This document shows, piece by piece, positions 11,234-20,771 of a stretch of 55,526 bases of DNA (positions within the stretch are counted from its first letter, which is position 1; every line of letters starts with the position of its first letter). The notes beneath the pieces were generated by a model, which was given only the letters and a program-made list of their open reading frames with translations, was not told the origin of the DNA and did no database searches. Origin of the DNA: Nitrososphaeraceae archaeon (GTDB lineage Archaea > Thermoproteota > Nitrososphaeria > Nitrososphaerales > Nitrososphaeraceae); the NCBI GenBank assembly GCA_035297365.1, contig DATGZA010000077.1, forward strand, positions 1 through 55,526, written 5' to 3'. The translations under genes were made by a program, and so were the position numbers.

Positions 11234-11443
11234 TTATCCCCATCTGGCCCTTTCATTTTCTCGATCTTCTTTGGTAGCCTTTTTCCATTCCTTATAGTGA
11301 TTTCTGCATAGGTATGCTCTCTTGCTCGAAGAAATAATATTTAAATCTGAAGCCATCATACCTTTGCTTTCACTCATCGACCTTTCGGCATTTTCTTCAC
11401 ACCCTTGAACACTGCATTTTATACCCTTGTTTATCCTGCCCAT
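11234..11443 (-). CDS. Small Zn-finger-like protein upstream of thrS
   Basis: CSVQGC...YLCRNH; ends 30 nt before thrS; TATA-like element about 23 nt upstream of ATG. Confidence 0.75.
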   Translation of the reverse strand: MGRINKGIKCSVQGCEENAERSMSESKGMMASDLNIISSSKRAYLCRNHYKEWKKATKEDRENERARWG

Positions 11444-11541
11444 TCTATATTAAATTATTTTTGAAATATAAAAGCTATACCGAATTGTAATGACATTCTC
11501 TTATTCCTGCTTTTTAAACTCGTTAGCGGGTCTTTTGAAAT

Positions 11542-13029
11542 TTATTTTATAATGTAAATTACTACAAAAATTAAACAACTAATTATTTCAGAGGTCAATA
11601 TTAAATTTTTTATATTTTTTAACTGTGACGTTCCAATTTTTCTATTCTTAGATCTTATCCATTTTTGATCTCTGATTGTTACAAGTGCATATAGCTTGAC
11701 GAACGCACTGATAAAGTTAATCACAACGTATATTGGTAAAAGTGTTATATCCTTGGGATAGCGTTTAAGATGCGGTATTATTTTTATTGCTCTTCCTATC
11801 ATCCATAATGCCAATATTGAAAGTGCTAATATGTATTGGTTCATGACAAGTGCTACTCCGAAGAAGATAGGACCAAAAAATAGAGTAAAAATAGATATAA
11901 ATCTATCAATAATATGAAATGCCAAAAATGGATGTTTCCATGCCCAACCGTCCCATAAACTAACTAAATCTGAATTGTGACTATTTCTTGACCATCTTAG
12001 TCTTTGACTCCAAAATGTCTTGAAATCAGGAGCAGCGTAAGAATATATTACTGCATTGCTCTGGTAATATGTTTTCCAACCCTTGCTATGAACTATTCTT
12101 GTAAGACATTTATCTTCTCCAGACTCTTTCTTTCTTTCTAGCACTATCTCATTCAGAAATTCATCCAAACTTCCTTCAATGATATCCTTTCTATATAGTG
12201 AAGTTCTTCCAGATAAACAAGATAATGCTTGACCCATTGCAGTCTGCGCTGGTAAATCATAATAATTTCTCATATCCCAAAAGATATCAGTTATCTTTTG
12301 CCAGATTGTTCGTCTTTCAATAGGGTGTTGCCTTGTGGTTACGCCTCCTATTGTGGGATCTTTAAACGGGGATAATATTGAATTTCTTATATCTTTTTCC
12401 CATATGGTATCACTGTCTACTAGAGCAACTATCTTGTTTCTTGCTTCTCTAATACCCTCTGCTAAAGCAGGTCTTTTGCCAGGTTTATCGATAACAATGA
12501 GTTTCATGAATGACCTATCTATTGATATTCTTTGAAAGACCTCGATACAATTCTTGTCATTATGATCTATAACACCAATGATCTCATCAGGTTTATTTTG
12601 AATCCATGATTCTATCGCATCTTGAAAAATAGTGGGGTCTTCATTGTATACAGGAGTTATTATGCTATATTTATGGAGATGTTCATCATTACAGTTACTA
12701 ATGGGATAATAAAGTAGTGAAGATGATTTTTTGAATATCCATATACTCCATCTCCATAACCCTATTAGTCCTAATGGTATGTATATCCATATGATCTGAT
12801 AATAAGTGATAGCGGCAAAACCTACACCTTCAGATACCTTGAGAATAAATGTTTCAATTGGTTTTACAACTGAAACGTGATTAAATAATCCAGGAGAAAA
12901 AGTAAGAAGTATTGAAAATATGAGAAGTACAGATAAAGCTACAATTACCGTAATAATCGTAATTTCTTCTGGTAATCTACTATCTACTAGCCTGTACATC
13001 TCTTGTTTCTTACTTCTTATTATAGCCAA
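11542..13029 (-). CDS. Processive GT2, hyaluronan-synthase/NodC-like polysaccharide synthase
   Basis: TPVYNED, VDSDT, CLSGRTSLYR, GEDKCLT, QRLRW (D,D,D,QxxRW) with N- and C-terminal TM helices. Confidence 0.85.
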   Translation of the reverse strand: MAIIRSKKQEMYRLVDSRLPEEITIITVIVALSVLLIFSILLTFSPGLFNHVSVVKPIETFILKVSEGVGFAAITYYQIIWIYIPLGLIGLWRWSIWIFKKSSSLLYYPISNCNDEHLHKYSIITPVYNEDPTIFQDAIESWIQNKPDEIIGVIDHNDKNCIEVFQRISIDRSFMKLIVIDKPGKRPALAEGIREARNKIVALVDSDTIWEKDIRNSILSPFKDPTIGGVTTRQHPIERRTIWQKITDIFWDMRNYYDLPAQTAMGQALSCLSGRTSLYRKDIIEGSLDEFLNEIVLERKKESGEDKCLTRIVHSKGWKTYYQSNAVIYSYAAPDFKTFWSQRLRWSRNSHNSDLVSLWDGWAWKHPFLAFHIIDRFISIFTLFFGPIFFGVALVMNQYILALSILALWMIGRAIKIIPHLKRYPKDITLLPIYVVINFISAFVKLYALVTIRDQKWIRSKNRKIGTSQLKNIKNLILTSEIISCLIFVVIYIIK

Positions 13030-13254
13030 TTCTAATTTATATGTAGATCGAAAAATTTTTCATGATAGAATTATGAAAAAAATGTATTCGTATCTTTTTT
13101 TTCATATTTGTTATATCGATATTTATATTAGTATTTTATAGAACAATATATAAAAGAATTCCTTCTAACTATCTAGAATAAAAAGAGATCGTAGTACTTA
13201 TATATCCAGATTATTTAAATGGATTTTTGTATATAGAGGGTTGCGAAATTAATA

Positions 13255-14133
13255 ATGGTAAAAATTTCAATAATCGGTTCCGGTGTTGTGGGATCTGCAA
13301 CTGGCAAGGGATTTAGTAAGTTAGGCCATGACGTATTATTTTATGATATTTCTAAAACGAGGTTGGATACATTAAAGAAAGAAGGATATCAGATTGCAAA
13401 GAATGTTAAAGAGGCATTAGGACATGGTGTAATTACTTTTGTGTGTGTGAATACCCCAACAGGAGAAGATGATGAGCAGGATTTATCACAAGTAAAATCT
13501 GCTTTATTTTCTATAACAGATGCATTAAATTATAAAGAAAATGGAAAAGAGACTTTGATAGTATTTAGAAGTACAATGTTACCAGGAACAATGAAAGAGG
13601 TTGTTGTTGATTATATGGATAAAAACTGTAAATTACAACGAGGGAAAAACTATAATATATGTTATAATCCTGAATTTCTAAGACAGGATACTGCCTATGA
13701 GGATTTTTTTGTTCCCGACCGAGTCATTATTGGAGAAGAGTTTGCAGGTAGTTCAAAGTTATTACAAGAAATTTACAAGCCTTTAACTGAAAAGATTATC
13801 GTAACGAGCTTTGCGGCAGCTGAAATGATAAAATATACTTCCAATTGTTTCTTGTCATTGAAGATTTCATTCTTTAACGAAATCGGCATGCTCTGCAAAG
13901 AATTAGCGATTGATGATAAGGCTGTTAGCCTTGGAGTGTCATTAGATAAGCGTATAGGTAAATACGGAACAATGGCAGGAAAGCCATTTGAAGGTGCATG
14001 TCTGCCAAAAGATACAAAGGCATTGTCCACATTTATTAAAAAACGTGGGTGGACGCCTGATTTATTGAAGGTTACATTGGATATTAACAAAAAAATAGAA
14101 GAATTGGTGACAAAAACAGCATTTTCGAAATAA
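13255..14133 (+). CDS. UDP-glucose/GDP-mannose dehydrogenase family protein (short form)
   Basis: GSGVVG Rossmann motif, CVNTP, RSTM.PGT, NPEFLR, AEMIKY..N.FL..KISFFNE, GACLPKD. Confidence 0.88.
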   Translation: MVKISIIGSGVVGSATGKGFSKLGHDVLFYDISKTRLDTLKKEGYQIAKNVKEALGHGVITFVCVNTPTGEDDEQDLSQVKSALFSITDALNYKENGKETLIVFRSTMLPGTMKEVVVDYMDKNCKLQRGKNYNICYNPEFLRQDTAYEDFFVPDRVIIGEEFAGSSKLLQEIYKPLTEKIIVTSFAAAEMIKYTSNCFLSLKISFFNEIGMLCKELAIDDKAVSLGVSLDKRIGKYGTMAGKPFEGACLPKDTKALSTFIKKRGWTPDLLKVTLDINKKIEELVTKTAFSK

Positions 14134-14257
14134 CTTCACTATTTTTGTGAAATACTTTTATATTTAATGTTATGTATAAACTTTTCAGGCTTTAAATATA
14201 TTTAAACATTTGTAACCATATCATAGACGACAGCAAATATTTGTGAACAATTATAAT

Positions 14258-15340
14258 TCATGAACTATTTTTATACATCTTATTATAAAATTGAATAACA
14301 TTAGCAAATGTTATTGATTGTCTATCTTTTTGGGATATATATAAAGCAGCAAAAATATTAGCAAAAAATAATCGTTCGTTTGGATTAAGACCTGATAGAT
14401 GTCCTAGAATATCCGCTGCATCCCATGAATCTCCGGCTCCGGTCAAACTTTTTATAATTATATCTCTCGATGACTCTACAAAAAAAATATCTTTTCCATC
14501 AGAAAAAACCGATCCATTTTTAGTATGCAAGTCAACAGATATTTTTAGGGTCTTTGCAAGTGTTTTTGCTGCCAATTTAATTTCTTTACTGTCATAATGG
14601 TTTTTTAATATTAGATCTCCATAATTTAATTCTAAAAGCAATGAATTACATTCATTTTCATTTATACTCAAGATATCAATTATGTCCCCACGTTCTCGTA
14701 ATAATGAACAAAATTCCTTCCTTCTGCTGTTTATATCTGCAGGATCAATAAAATGAAAGGCATTAGGCGAATTTTTAAAAACATATTCTAAGAGCGAAGT
14801 ACCTTTTAAATTGGATGCCCAATTCAAGACAATTACTGCATCAGCAGCTTCCAAAATATTTTTTTCTGTAGATCTGGAAAATCTATCGGGTCCAAAATCA
14901 CTATTGTCTCCAACATCGCTAATCATGATATTAGCTTCCAATTCGTTACTTGATGAATTGAAAATTTCCAATGAAGTAGTATATCCAGGCCTGCCAGAAA
15001 ATAAACGTAATTTTACATTCTTTAAATCTTTAAATAAATTTGATAAGATCTTCTTTCCTATATTGTCCGCTATTGTGAACAAATATACATCAAGCCCTAA
15101 TTTGGCCAGACAAAAAGCTACATTCACAGCATTTCCTCCTTCAATTTCTAAGGTCTGAACTCCCCTAATACTTCCACCGCCAGACCTTGATTTTTCGACT
15201 ATCAATGATAAGAATTCTTCTTGATTTTTGATTTTTATTATCCTGTCAATAAAAAAATCATGCATTACAACAATAGATCTTTTCTCTCCTTGGTAATCTT
15301 TTATCTTTTTAAAAAGAATTTTAGGATCACAAATTCTTAT
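14258..15340 (-). CDS. PfkB-family carbohydrate kinase; start probably upstream of the ATG at 15265
   Basis: GGNAVNVAFCLAKLG, NENE, TGAGDSWDA; frame open upstream with IVV strand before MHDFF. Confidence 0.85.
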   Translation of the reverse strand: MRICDPKILFKKIKDYQGEKRSIVVMHDFFIDRIIKIKNQEEFLSLIVEKSRSGGGSIRGVQTLEIEGGNAVNVAFCLAKLGLDVYLFTIADNIGKKILSNLFKDLKNVKLRLFSGRPGYTTSLEIFNSSSNELEANIMISDVGDNSDFGPDRFSRSTEKNILEAADAVIVLNWASNLKGTSLLEYVFKNSPNAFHFIDPADINSRRKEFCSLLRERGDIIDILSINENECNSLLLELNYGDLILKNHYDSKEIKLAAKTLAKTLKISVDLHTKNGSVFSDGKDIFFVESSRDIIIKSLTGAGDSWDAADILGHLSGLNPNERLFFANIFAALYISQKDRQSITFANVIQFYNKMYKNSS

Positions 15341-15407
15341 GTTTAAACCCCCTTTTTTCCTGTTTATCTATTGTACCAAACGACATTATTTTTAGATAGT
15401 ACTAATT

Positions 15408-15551
15408 CTATCTCCAAAATACGGATATTATTCCTAATCCCATGATAGCTAGTCCTCCATACACCAAAGAGATAACATTTAGAGTACTAGCACCGATAGT
15501 CAAACCAATTCCGGAAGCTATCATTAAAATTTCAGCTACTCTTCTTTTCAT
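15408..15551 (-). CDS. 47-aa two-TM membrane protein (below ORF-track cutoff)
   Basis: MKRRVAEILMIASGIGLTIGASTLNVISLVYGGLAIMGLGIISVFWR*; ATG start; lies between DpsL and PfkB on the same strand. Confidence 0.7.
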   Translation of the reverse strand: MKRRVAEILMIASGIGLTIGASTLNVISLVYGGLAIMGLGIISVFWR

Positions 15552-15637
15552 TTGATTCTAATCATAAACACGGATAATAAAAGTATTATATTTATTTAAC
15601 AGTTAAAAATTTTTAAATTTTCGAGTAAAATAAAAAG

Positions 15638-16234
15638 TTATGTGTGAATTAATCCACCTTGTGATCCCGTGTGAGGTGATTGTCCCACATATTTTCTTCT
15701 AAAGTGACCTGAAGGCCTCTTTGAAAGAAGTTCAATAAACCAGGCCTCGTGTTCAACCTCTTCTTGCATGATTCTCTGAGCAATGTCATATGTTCTGGGA
15801 TCTTTTCCAGCGGTCATATCACATACTTCACCCCAAGATCTGATAGCGCATTGTTCTGCTTCTAAGAGTACCTTGATAATTGATTCTAGATTTTGCCAGT
15901 TTTCTGGTAAATACGCATCTGGACAACCGGCTTGGTCTGCAAAGTCTCTTATATCTCTTGGAAGACTTCCACCTAATTCATAAAGTCGCGGAGTCATGGC
16001 CTCAAAATGATTTCTATCTTCTATTCTTGCATCTTCTACGATCTCCTTGATTCCTTCTCCATCTAAACCTGTACAATGCATTCGCAAAATTGTATAGTAA
16101 TAATAGGTTGTAAATTCTGCTCCTACACCTTTAGTTATCAATTCTTTCAATCTCTCAACATTAACTCCATTTTTTTCAAGTACTTCGAGAGCAACAATTT
16201 TTGGAACAGTTCCTTTTTGATTATCTGCTGACAT
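15638..16234 (-). CDS. dps: Dps-like (DpsL, thioferritin) ferritin-family protein
   Basis: [40 protein letters not shown] diiron ligands plus the Cys pair. Confidence 0.92.
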   Translation of the reverse strand: MSADNQKGTVPKIVALEVLEKNGVNVERLKELITKGVGAEFTTYYYYTILRMHCTGLDGEGIKEIVEDARIEDRNHFEAMTPRLYELGGSLPRDIRDFADQAGCPDAYLPENWQNLESIIKVLLEAEQCAIRSWGEVCDMTAGKDPRTYDIAQRIMQEEVEHEAWFIELLSKRPSGHFRRKYVGQSPHTGSQGGLIHT

Positions 16235-16525
16235 AGTATTCGGATTTGAATGGTATTATTTAAAGGTTATAGACTACAATCAGTTCCAATATATTCTACT
16301 TTTTTCAAGCAGTATTGCTACACTACTTACGCTGCATTAAATATACCACCAGAATATATATATTAAATAACAATTGGATTAAAAGTATATGATTGCTAAA
16401 ATTATTTTTGATCGATTTCATGTCGATTATTGCTTTTTTCAATTTTATCAAGCAACTATAATAGAATCCCATCTGGATCTTGTGCAAAATAAAAAATCAT
16501 TTAATATGCAAATTGTAGAAAATAA

Positions 16526-17542
16526 TTGATATTTAGTTTTTCAAAAATGTCTATCACTATTTGTTTATCTCATAAAGAGGATGTTGATGGAATATCTTCT
16601 GCTGTATTAATTAATTCGGCTTTTAAAAAAGTATCTACGATCCTAGTAGACTATGCCAACCTAATAAATAAGTTAGATAAACTTTCTAATGAATTAGGTC
16701 AAGTAACAAAAGGATATAATAGAATATTCATATGCGATTTAGGATTAAATAAAAAAATTCATAAAAAATTTGTAAATATATTGAATAAACTTGTATCTTT
16801 AGGCTACAAAGTTACCTATATAGATCATCATGATCTGGATGCTGATATCAAAAATGAAATAAAGGATATTGGAGTCAACCTTGTTCATTCTACCGAAGAA
16901 TCCACCAGCGTTCAGGTATATACCAAATATAAAAAAAGATTAAAACAGCATTATGCTTTTTTTGCCGCAGCTGGAGCTTTAACCGATTATCTTGATGCTA
17001 AACCTTTAGCCTCTTCCCTATTATCAAGGTATGATAGACAATTCTTGATGCTGGAGTCTACTGTGTTATCCTACATGATATCTTCCCATCAAAATGATGA
17101 CGAGTATTTGCACAGAATAGTTAGAACTCTATCTGAAATGAAATTTCCACACGATATCGACGGTGGATTTCTTGAGGCAGAGAAGTATGCTCAAAAAATA
17201 TCGCGTGCCTTGGTATCTCTCTCTGATGAAATAAGAACTTCTAATAACCTTGTGTTTGTTCAAAATACTCTAGACCTTGCATCAAGTACAGTAGTCAATT
17301 TTATCCTAGGCGCATCTGAAAAAAAAGTTGCGTTGGTGTATAAATTTAAAGAAGAGAAAAGTTCATTCATAATTTCTATCAGAGGATCAAAAGATTGTAA
17401 TACACATCTTGGAAGAGTCGTTAACGAAATAGCATCACGCCTTGGAGGTAGTGGAGGTGGTCACGACAAGGCATGTGGTGCAGTAATACCTGAAAACAAC
17501 TTTCAAGATTTTGTAAATTTGTTAGACAAAAATATTCTATGA
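16526..17542 (+). CDS. DHH/DHHA1 phosphoesterase (RecJ-like); likely start ATG at 16547
   Basis: SHKEDVDG, CDLG, IDHH, SIRG, GGGGH motifs. Confidence 0.88.
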   Translation: MIFSFSKMSITICLSHKEDVDGISSAVLINSAFKKVSTILVDYANLINKLDKLSNELGQVTKGYNRIFICDLGLNKKIHKKFVNILNKLVSLGYKVTYIDHHDLDADIKNEIKDIGVNLVHSTEESTSVQVYTKYKKRLKQHYAFFAAAGALTDYLDAKPLASSLLSRYDRQFLMLESTVLSYMISSHQNDDEYLHRIVRTLSEMKFPHDIDGGFLEAEKYAQKISRALVSLSDEIRTSNNLVFVQNTLDLASSTVVNFILGASEKKVALVYKFKEEKSSFIISIRGSKDCNTHLGRVVNEIASRLGGSGGGHDKACGAVIPENNFQDFVNLLDKNIL

Positions 17543-17596
17543 CATTAAACTCATTTAAACTTTAAAAAAATATGAAATTTTGAAATTTTATGAGAA

Positions 17597-17962
17597 TTAA
17601 ATCGTTATAACATCATCTACTGGAGAAACAACTATTATTCCACCAGCTCCGGATTTACTTATCTGGGCAGCTTCTTTTATGAGTGAAACTACTTCATCTA
17701 CGTTATCTTCATCCACGACGGTTTCAACTGTACGTCTATTAGAGTAAGCCATTGTAGTAAGATCACCATGTCGACCATATCTGATTTGATATTTTTCTCC
17801 TTTTCCTATTCCTTTTGAATCATGAAATGTAGCGGGCTGACCAATCTTATTTAAAGCCAATAGAACATCATGAACCTTCTCTTCTCGAATGAAAGCCTCA
17901 ATTCTTTTTCTTGTAGGGCTAGTAGCTGCTTCTTTTTTTGCATTTGCTTTTTTCTCCGACAA
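17597..17962 (-). CDS. P-II family signal protein (non-canonical)
   Basis: RIEAFIREEK, SKGIGKG, VETVVDE..V..V...I, GIIVVSPVDD. Confidence 0.8.
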   Translation of the reverse strand: MSEKKANAKKEAATSPTRKRIEAFIREEKVHDVLLALNKIGQPATFHDSKGIGKGEKYQIRYGRHGDLTTMAYSNRRTVETVVDEDNVDEVVSLIKEAAQISKSGAGGIIVVSPVDDVITI

Positions 17963-18274
17963 TCTAATATCAGTTAATAAAGAAAATACCTTTTTTTAAA
18001 GTTATGTTTTATTATTAGAAATAAATTCGACCGTTACTTTAATAAAAATAAAAAATTATAATTTCTCTATCTGATCGTATAAAAAGTAACATTTTTTTTA
18101 AAATTCTTTGGATTTTATATTTATATCTAAGCAAAGTTGATCACCATGAATATTTTTTTTATTTTTATATAATAAATCATTATTATTTCGTTCCAGTCAT
18201 CAGATGTGAAGAATTCGTACAATAGATTTGTATAGACTAAAAAGCATCATTGATTTCAATTATTTTTTAAAGAT

Positions 18275-18307
18275 TGACCCAGGATATCTGCTCAATATCC
18301 TGAGTCA
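18275..18307 (-). other. 13-bp stem-loop in intergenic region
   Basis: TGACTCAGGATAT-7nt-ATATCCTGGGTCA on the minus strand, fully paired with one G-U. Confidence 0.55.
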
Positions 18308-18454
18308 GGGTAATGTTCCCCTTCGGTTTGGTCGATGTATTTTTAAGTTAAACCTAGGAATATTTAAATGTGATGTAAAGTCTTCGTTCGAATCTTTTAA
18401 TGAAAATATTCTAGTATCAAAATAATTTATAAATACCAGAATGATATAATTAAA

Positions 18455-18760
18455 TTGATGAGCGATTTTAATAATAAAAGTTTTCTCATAAATCAATTTC
18501 TTTGGATAGGTGTTTCATTAGCGATAAGTCTGGCAATATCTATTATTGTCCCATTTCCTTATTCATTGCCAATAATAATCGGTGTTTTCATTCTATTAAG
18601 TTTTTACATGAGACAGAGAACAATGAGAAAGTTAGGAATGTCAGGCGCTACAATGTTTGGAAATAATTCAGTAAGTTATTACTGTATGAATTGCGGAGTA
18701 AAACATAATCAGCTATCATGTCCTAGATGTGGCTCAAAGATGAAAAGAGTTGGGACCTAA
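18455..18760 (+). CDS. Small membrane protein with C-terminal zinc ribbon
   Basis: Two TM helices followed by CMNCG...CPRCG. Confidence 0.8.
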   Translation: MMSDFNNKSFLINQFLWIGVSLAISLAISIIVPFPYSLPIIIGVFILLSFYMRQRTMRKLGMSGATMFGNNSVSYYCMNCGVKHNQLSCPRCGSKMKRVGT

Positions 18761-18797
18761 ACCAATCTATTATTAATAATTTTTTATTTTTATTCAT

Positions 18798-19463
18798 TTA
18801 TCTGAATGCTTGAACAAGTTCTGATAATTTTTCTTTCCACGATCGTGCCTTTATTATACCGCTTGCTATCAGGATTCCTTGTGAACCTAATTTAATAGCA
18901 CTAATAACATCACTCTTGTCTACAATGCCCGCCCCGCAAATAACTTTTAATTCTGAATATTTCTTGGCTTCTGTTACTGAATCTCTAATAATAGCCGGAT
19001 TAACTTTACTCACTGCTTGTCCAGTACCGATCAGTTCTGGGGGCTCGATTGCAATCATATCTGGATTAAATTTGGATAACATACCAACCTCAAGTGCATC
19101 AGAAGCACAGACGATAGAAAGCATATCCAGCTTTCTTAATCTATCAACTAGTTGCTTAATGATTTTATGATCCAATCTGTGTTCGCTATGATTAATCAAA
19201 GATCCCACAACTCCATAAGACTTTGCTAATTCTGGAATAAAAAATCCTGTAGTTGAACCTACTTTCTCATTATCAACATGTTGGCTTATGACGGGAATTT
19301 TAACAGATTTCGTTATATGGAACAATGATGCTTGAGGAGGCGCCAATATTATTTCAACTTTAAAGCTTTTTGATATTGTTTCTGCTATTTTAGCTAATTC
19401 TAATGTTTTTCCCCCAGAAATCTCCATATAATTCTTAAAATTAATAATAATACATCCTTTCAA
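18798..19463 (-). CDS. tpiA: Triosephosphate isomerase (archaeal)
   Basis: INFKNY, NHSEHR, AIEPPELIGTG, GAGI, ASG. Confidence 0.97.
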   Translation of the reverse strand: MKGCIIINFKNYMEISGGKTLELAKIAETISKSFKVEIILAPPQASLFHITKSVKIPVISQHVDNEKVGSTTGFFIPELAKSYGVVGSLINHSEHRLDHKIIKQLVDRLRKLDMLSIVCASDALEVGMLSKFNPDMIAIEPPELIGTGQAVSKVNPAIIRDSVTEAKKYSELKVICGAGIVDKSDVISAIKLGSQGILIASGIIKARSWKEKLSELVQAFR

Positions 19464-19496
19464 ATTAACGATCTATTCTGGAAAATATTTGCAGAT

Positions 19497-20630
19497 TTAA
19501 TCTTTTACCCTTTTTTTCTTCTCTGTACCATTTTTAGATTTATCCTCTGGCACAAATTTTTCATTTAGTTTAGCCAATCTTGCCTCATAGCCCTTATTGT
19601 ACTCCAATTCTTCTGGAATTAATGTGGCGGGGTGAATAAATCCTTGATTTCGCATAATCATCGCTCTCTCTGATGCCCACATTCTCTGAAGATCCCAATC
19701 AACAGTTCCAAATCCATCATGAGGTCCTGTCAGCTTTCCATCATGCATACTAAAAACCAGACATGACACTATTGGAATAGAATAATTCAGACTTGCGGCT
19801 GAGTTGAGTTTTACAGGCATCAATGGCATATGATGACTTCCTCTCGTATTTCCAGCCACATAATGAGGATTATTAAATGCACTTCCTGCCTCTTCTGTTG
19901 CAGGAAAGTTCTTTTGTGTTCTCATTATAGCAATCGGATCATCTTTTCCCACATAAGTACCTGCAATATTGTGCAACCTATCTGTAGATGCAGATAAAAT
20001 CTGTTCATTGTCTGCTGAATAAACTGAATGAATTACATATCGTCCAGGGTACATGAGTCCGGCTTCTAACTCTGGTTTATCATTCCATAATTTTAAATCC
20101 GCTATCTTTCCAGTCATTACATCCATTATCCTGAAAGTTACACCAGCCGCTAATTTTTCATTGATTAACAAACCGGTATTACTTCCAGCATCAACAAAAA
20201 CTCTCCAAAATGGAAAATTAAAAGCACCTGGTTCTGTCTTATCAGCTGCAAAAATACTGAACACTTCGCTTGGTCTTTCGTCCATCTCTATCTCAGCTAC
20301 ACCCGGACCCATTCCTTTAACATTACCAGAAAAAGAATCTTTTAGCAAATCTTGTCCCGCTCCATATAAACCCTGTTTTTTTGCTAATTTTGTACCCTCG
20401 GTGAACGCATCCCATGCTAATTTGTGAATTTTTTCATTATCTTTCCCAATTTTATGTGTCATTATGATGTGGATATCGTCTCCAGTATATCCGATATAAT
20501 GATCGATTAGAAGGTCCTTTCCCTTTTTCTCTACAAATTTTTTAACAAGGTCAAGTAATTCATCGCTTGGACGAGTATGACCCCCAATAGCACCAATGTC
20601 TGCTTTTATTGCCGAAACAGTTATACGCAT
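19497..20630 (-). CDS. fbp: Fructose-1,6-bisphosphate aldolase/phosphatase
   Basis: IKADIG..GGH, GDD, GLYGAGQDLL, DKTEPGAFN, YVGKDDP. Confidence 0.97.
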   Translation of the reverse strand: MRITVSAIKADIGAIGGHTRPSDELLDLVKKFVEKKGKDLLIDHYIGYTGDDIHIIMTHKIGKDNEKIHKLAWDAFTEGTKLAKKQGLYGAGQDLLKDSFSGNVKGMGPGVAEIEMDERPSEVFSIFAADKTEPGAFNFPFWRVFVDAGSNTGLLINEKLAAGVTFRIMDVMTGKIADLKLWNDKPELEAGLMYPGRYVIHSVYSADNEQILSASTDRLHNIAGTYVGKDDPIAIMRTQKNFPATEEAGSAFNNPHYVAGNTRGSHHMPLMPVKLNSAASLNYSIPIVSCLVFSMHDGKLTGPHDGFGTVDWDLQRMWASERAMIMRNQGFIHPATLIPEELEYNKGYEARLAKLNEKFVPEDKSKNGTEKKKRVKD

Positions 20631-20771
20631 AATGAAATTTGAATTATTAATTGTTTATATCTTTTCTGATAATATTTCATATTTTTATAATACCGTAAGA
20701 CTTAGTTCCAAAGTTTATTCAATATTAAAAGGGTAATTTTTTATTGTAAATAATATTAAATATCCTTATGA

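Noticed and set aside
18160-18210. Hammerhead-like CTGATGA...GAAA with a paired stem III on the minus strand
   Set aside because: Stem II has no closing pair and stem I has no partner; likely chance in AT-rich DNA
18228-18496. Two short overlapping ORFs (65 and 63 aa)
   Set aside because: No motifs, mutual overlap, and one overlaps the real gene at 18455
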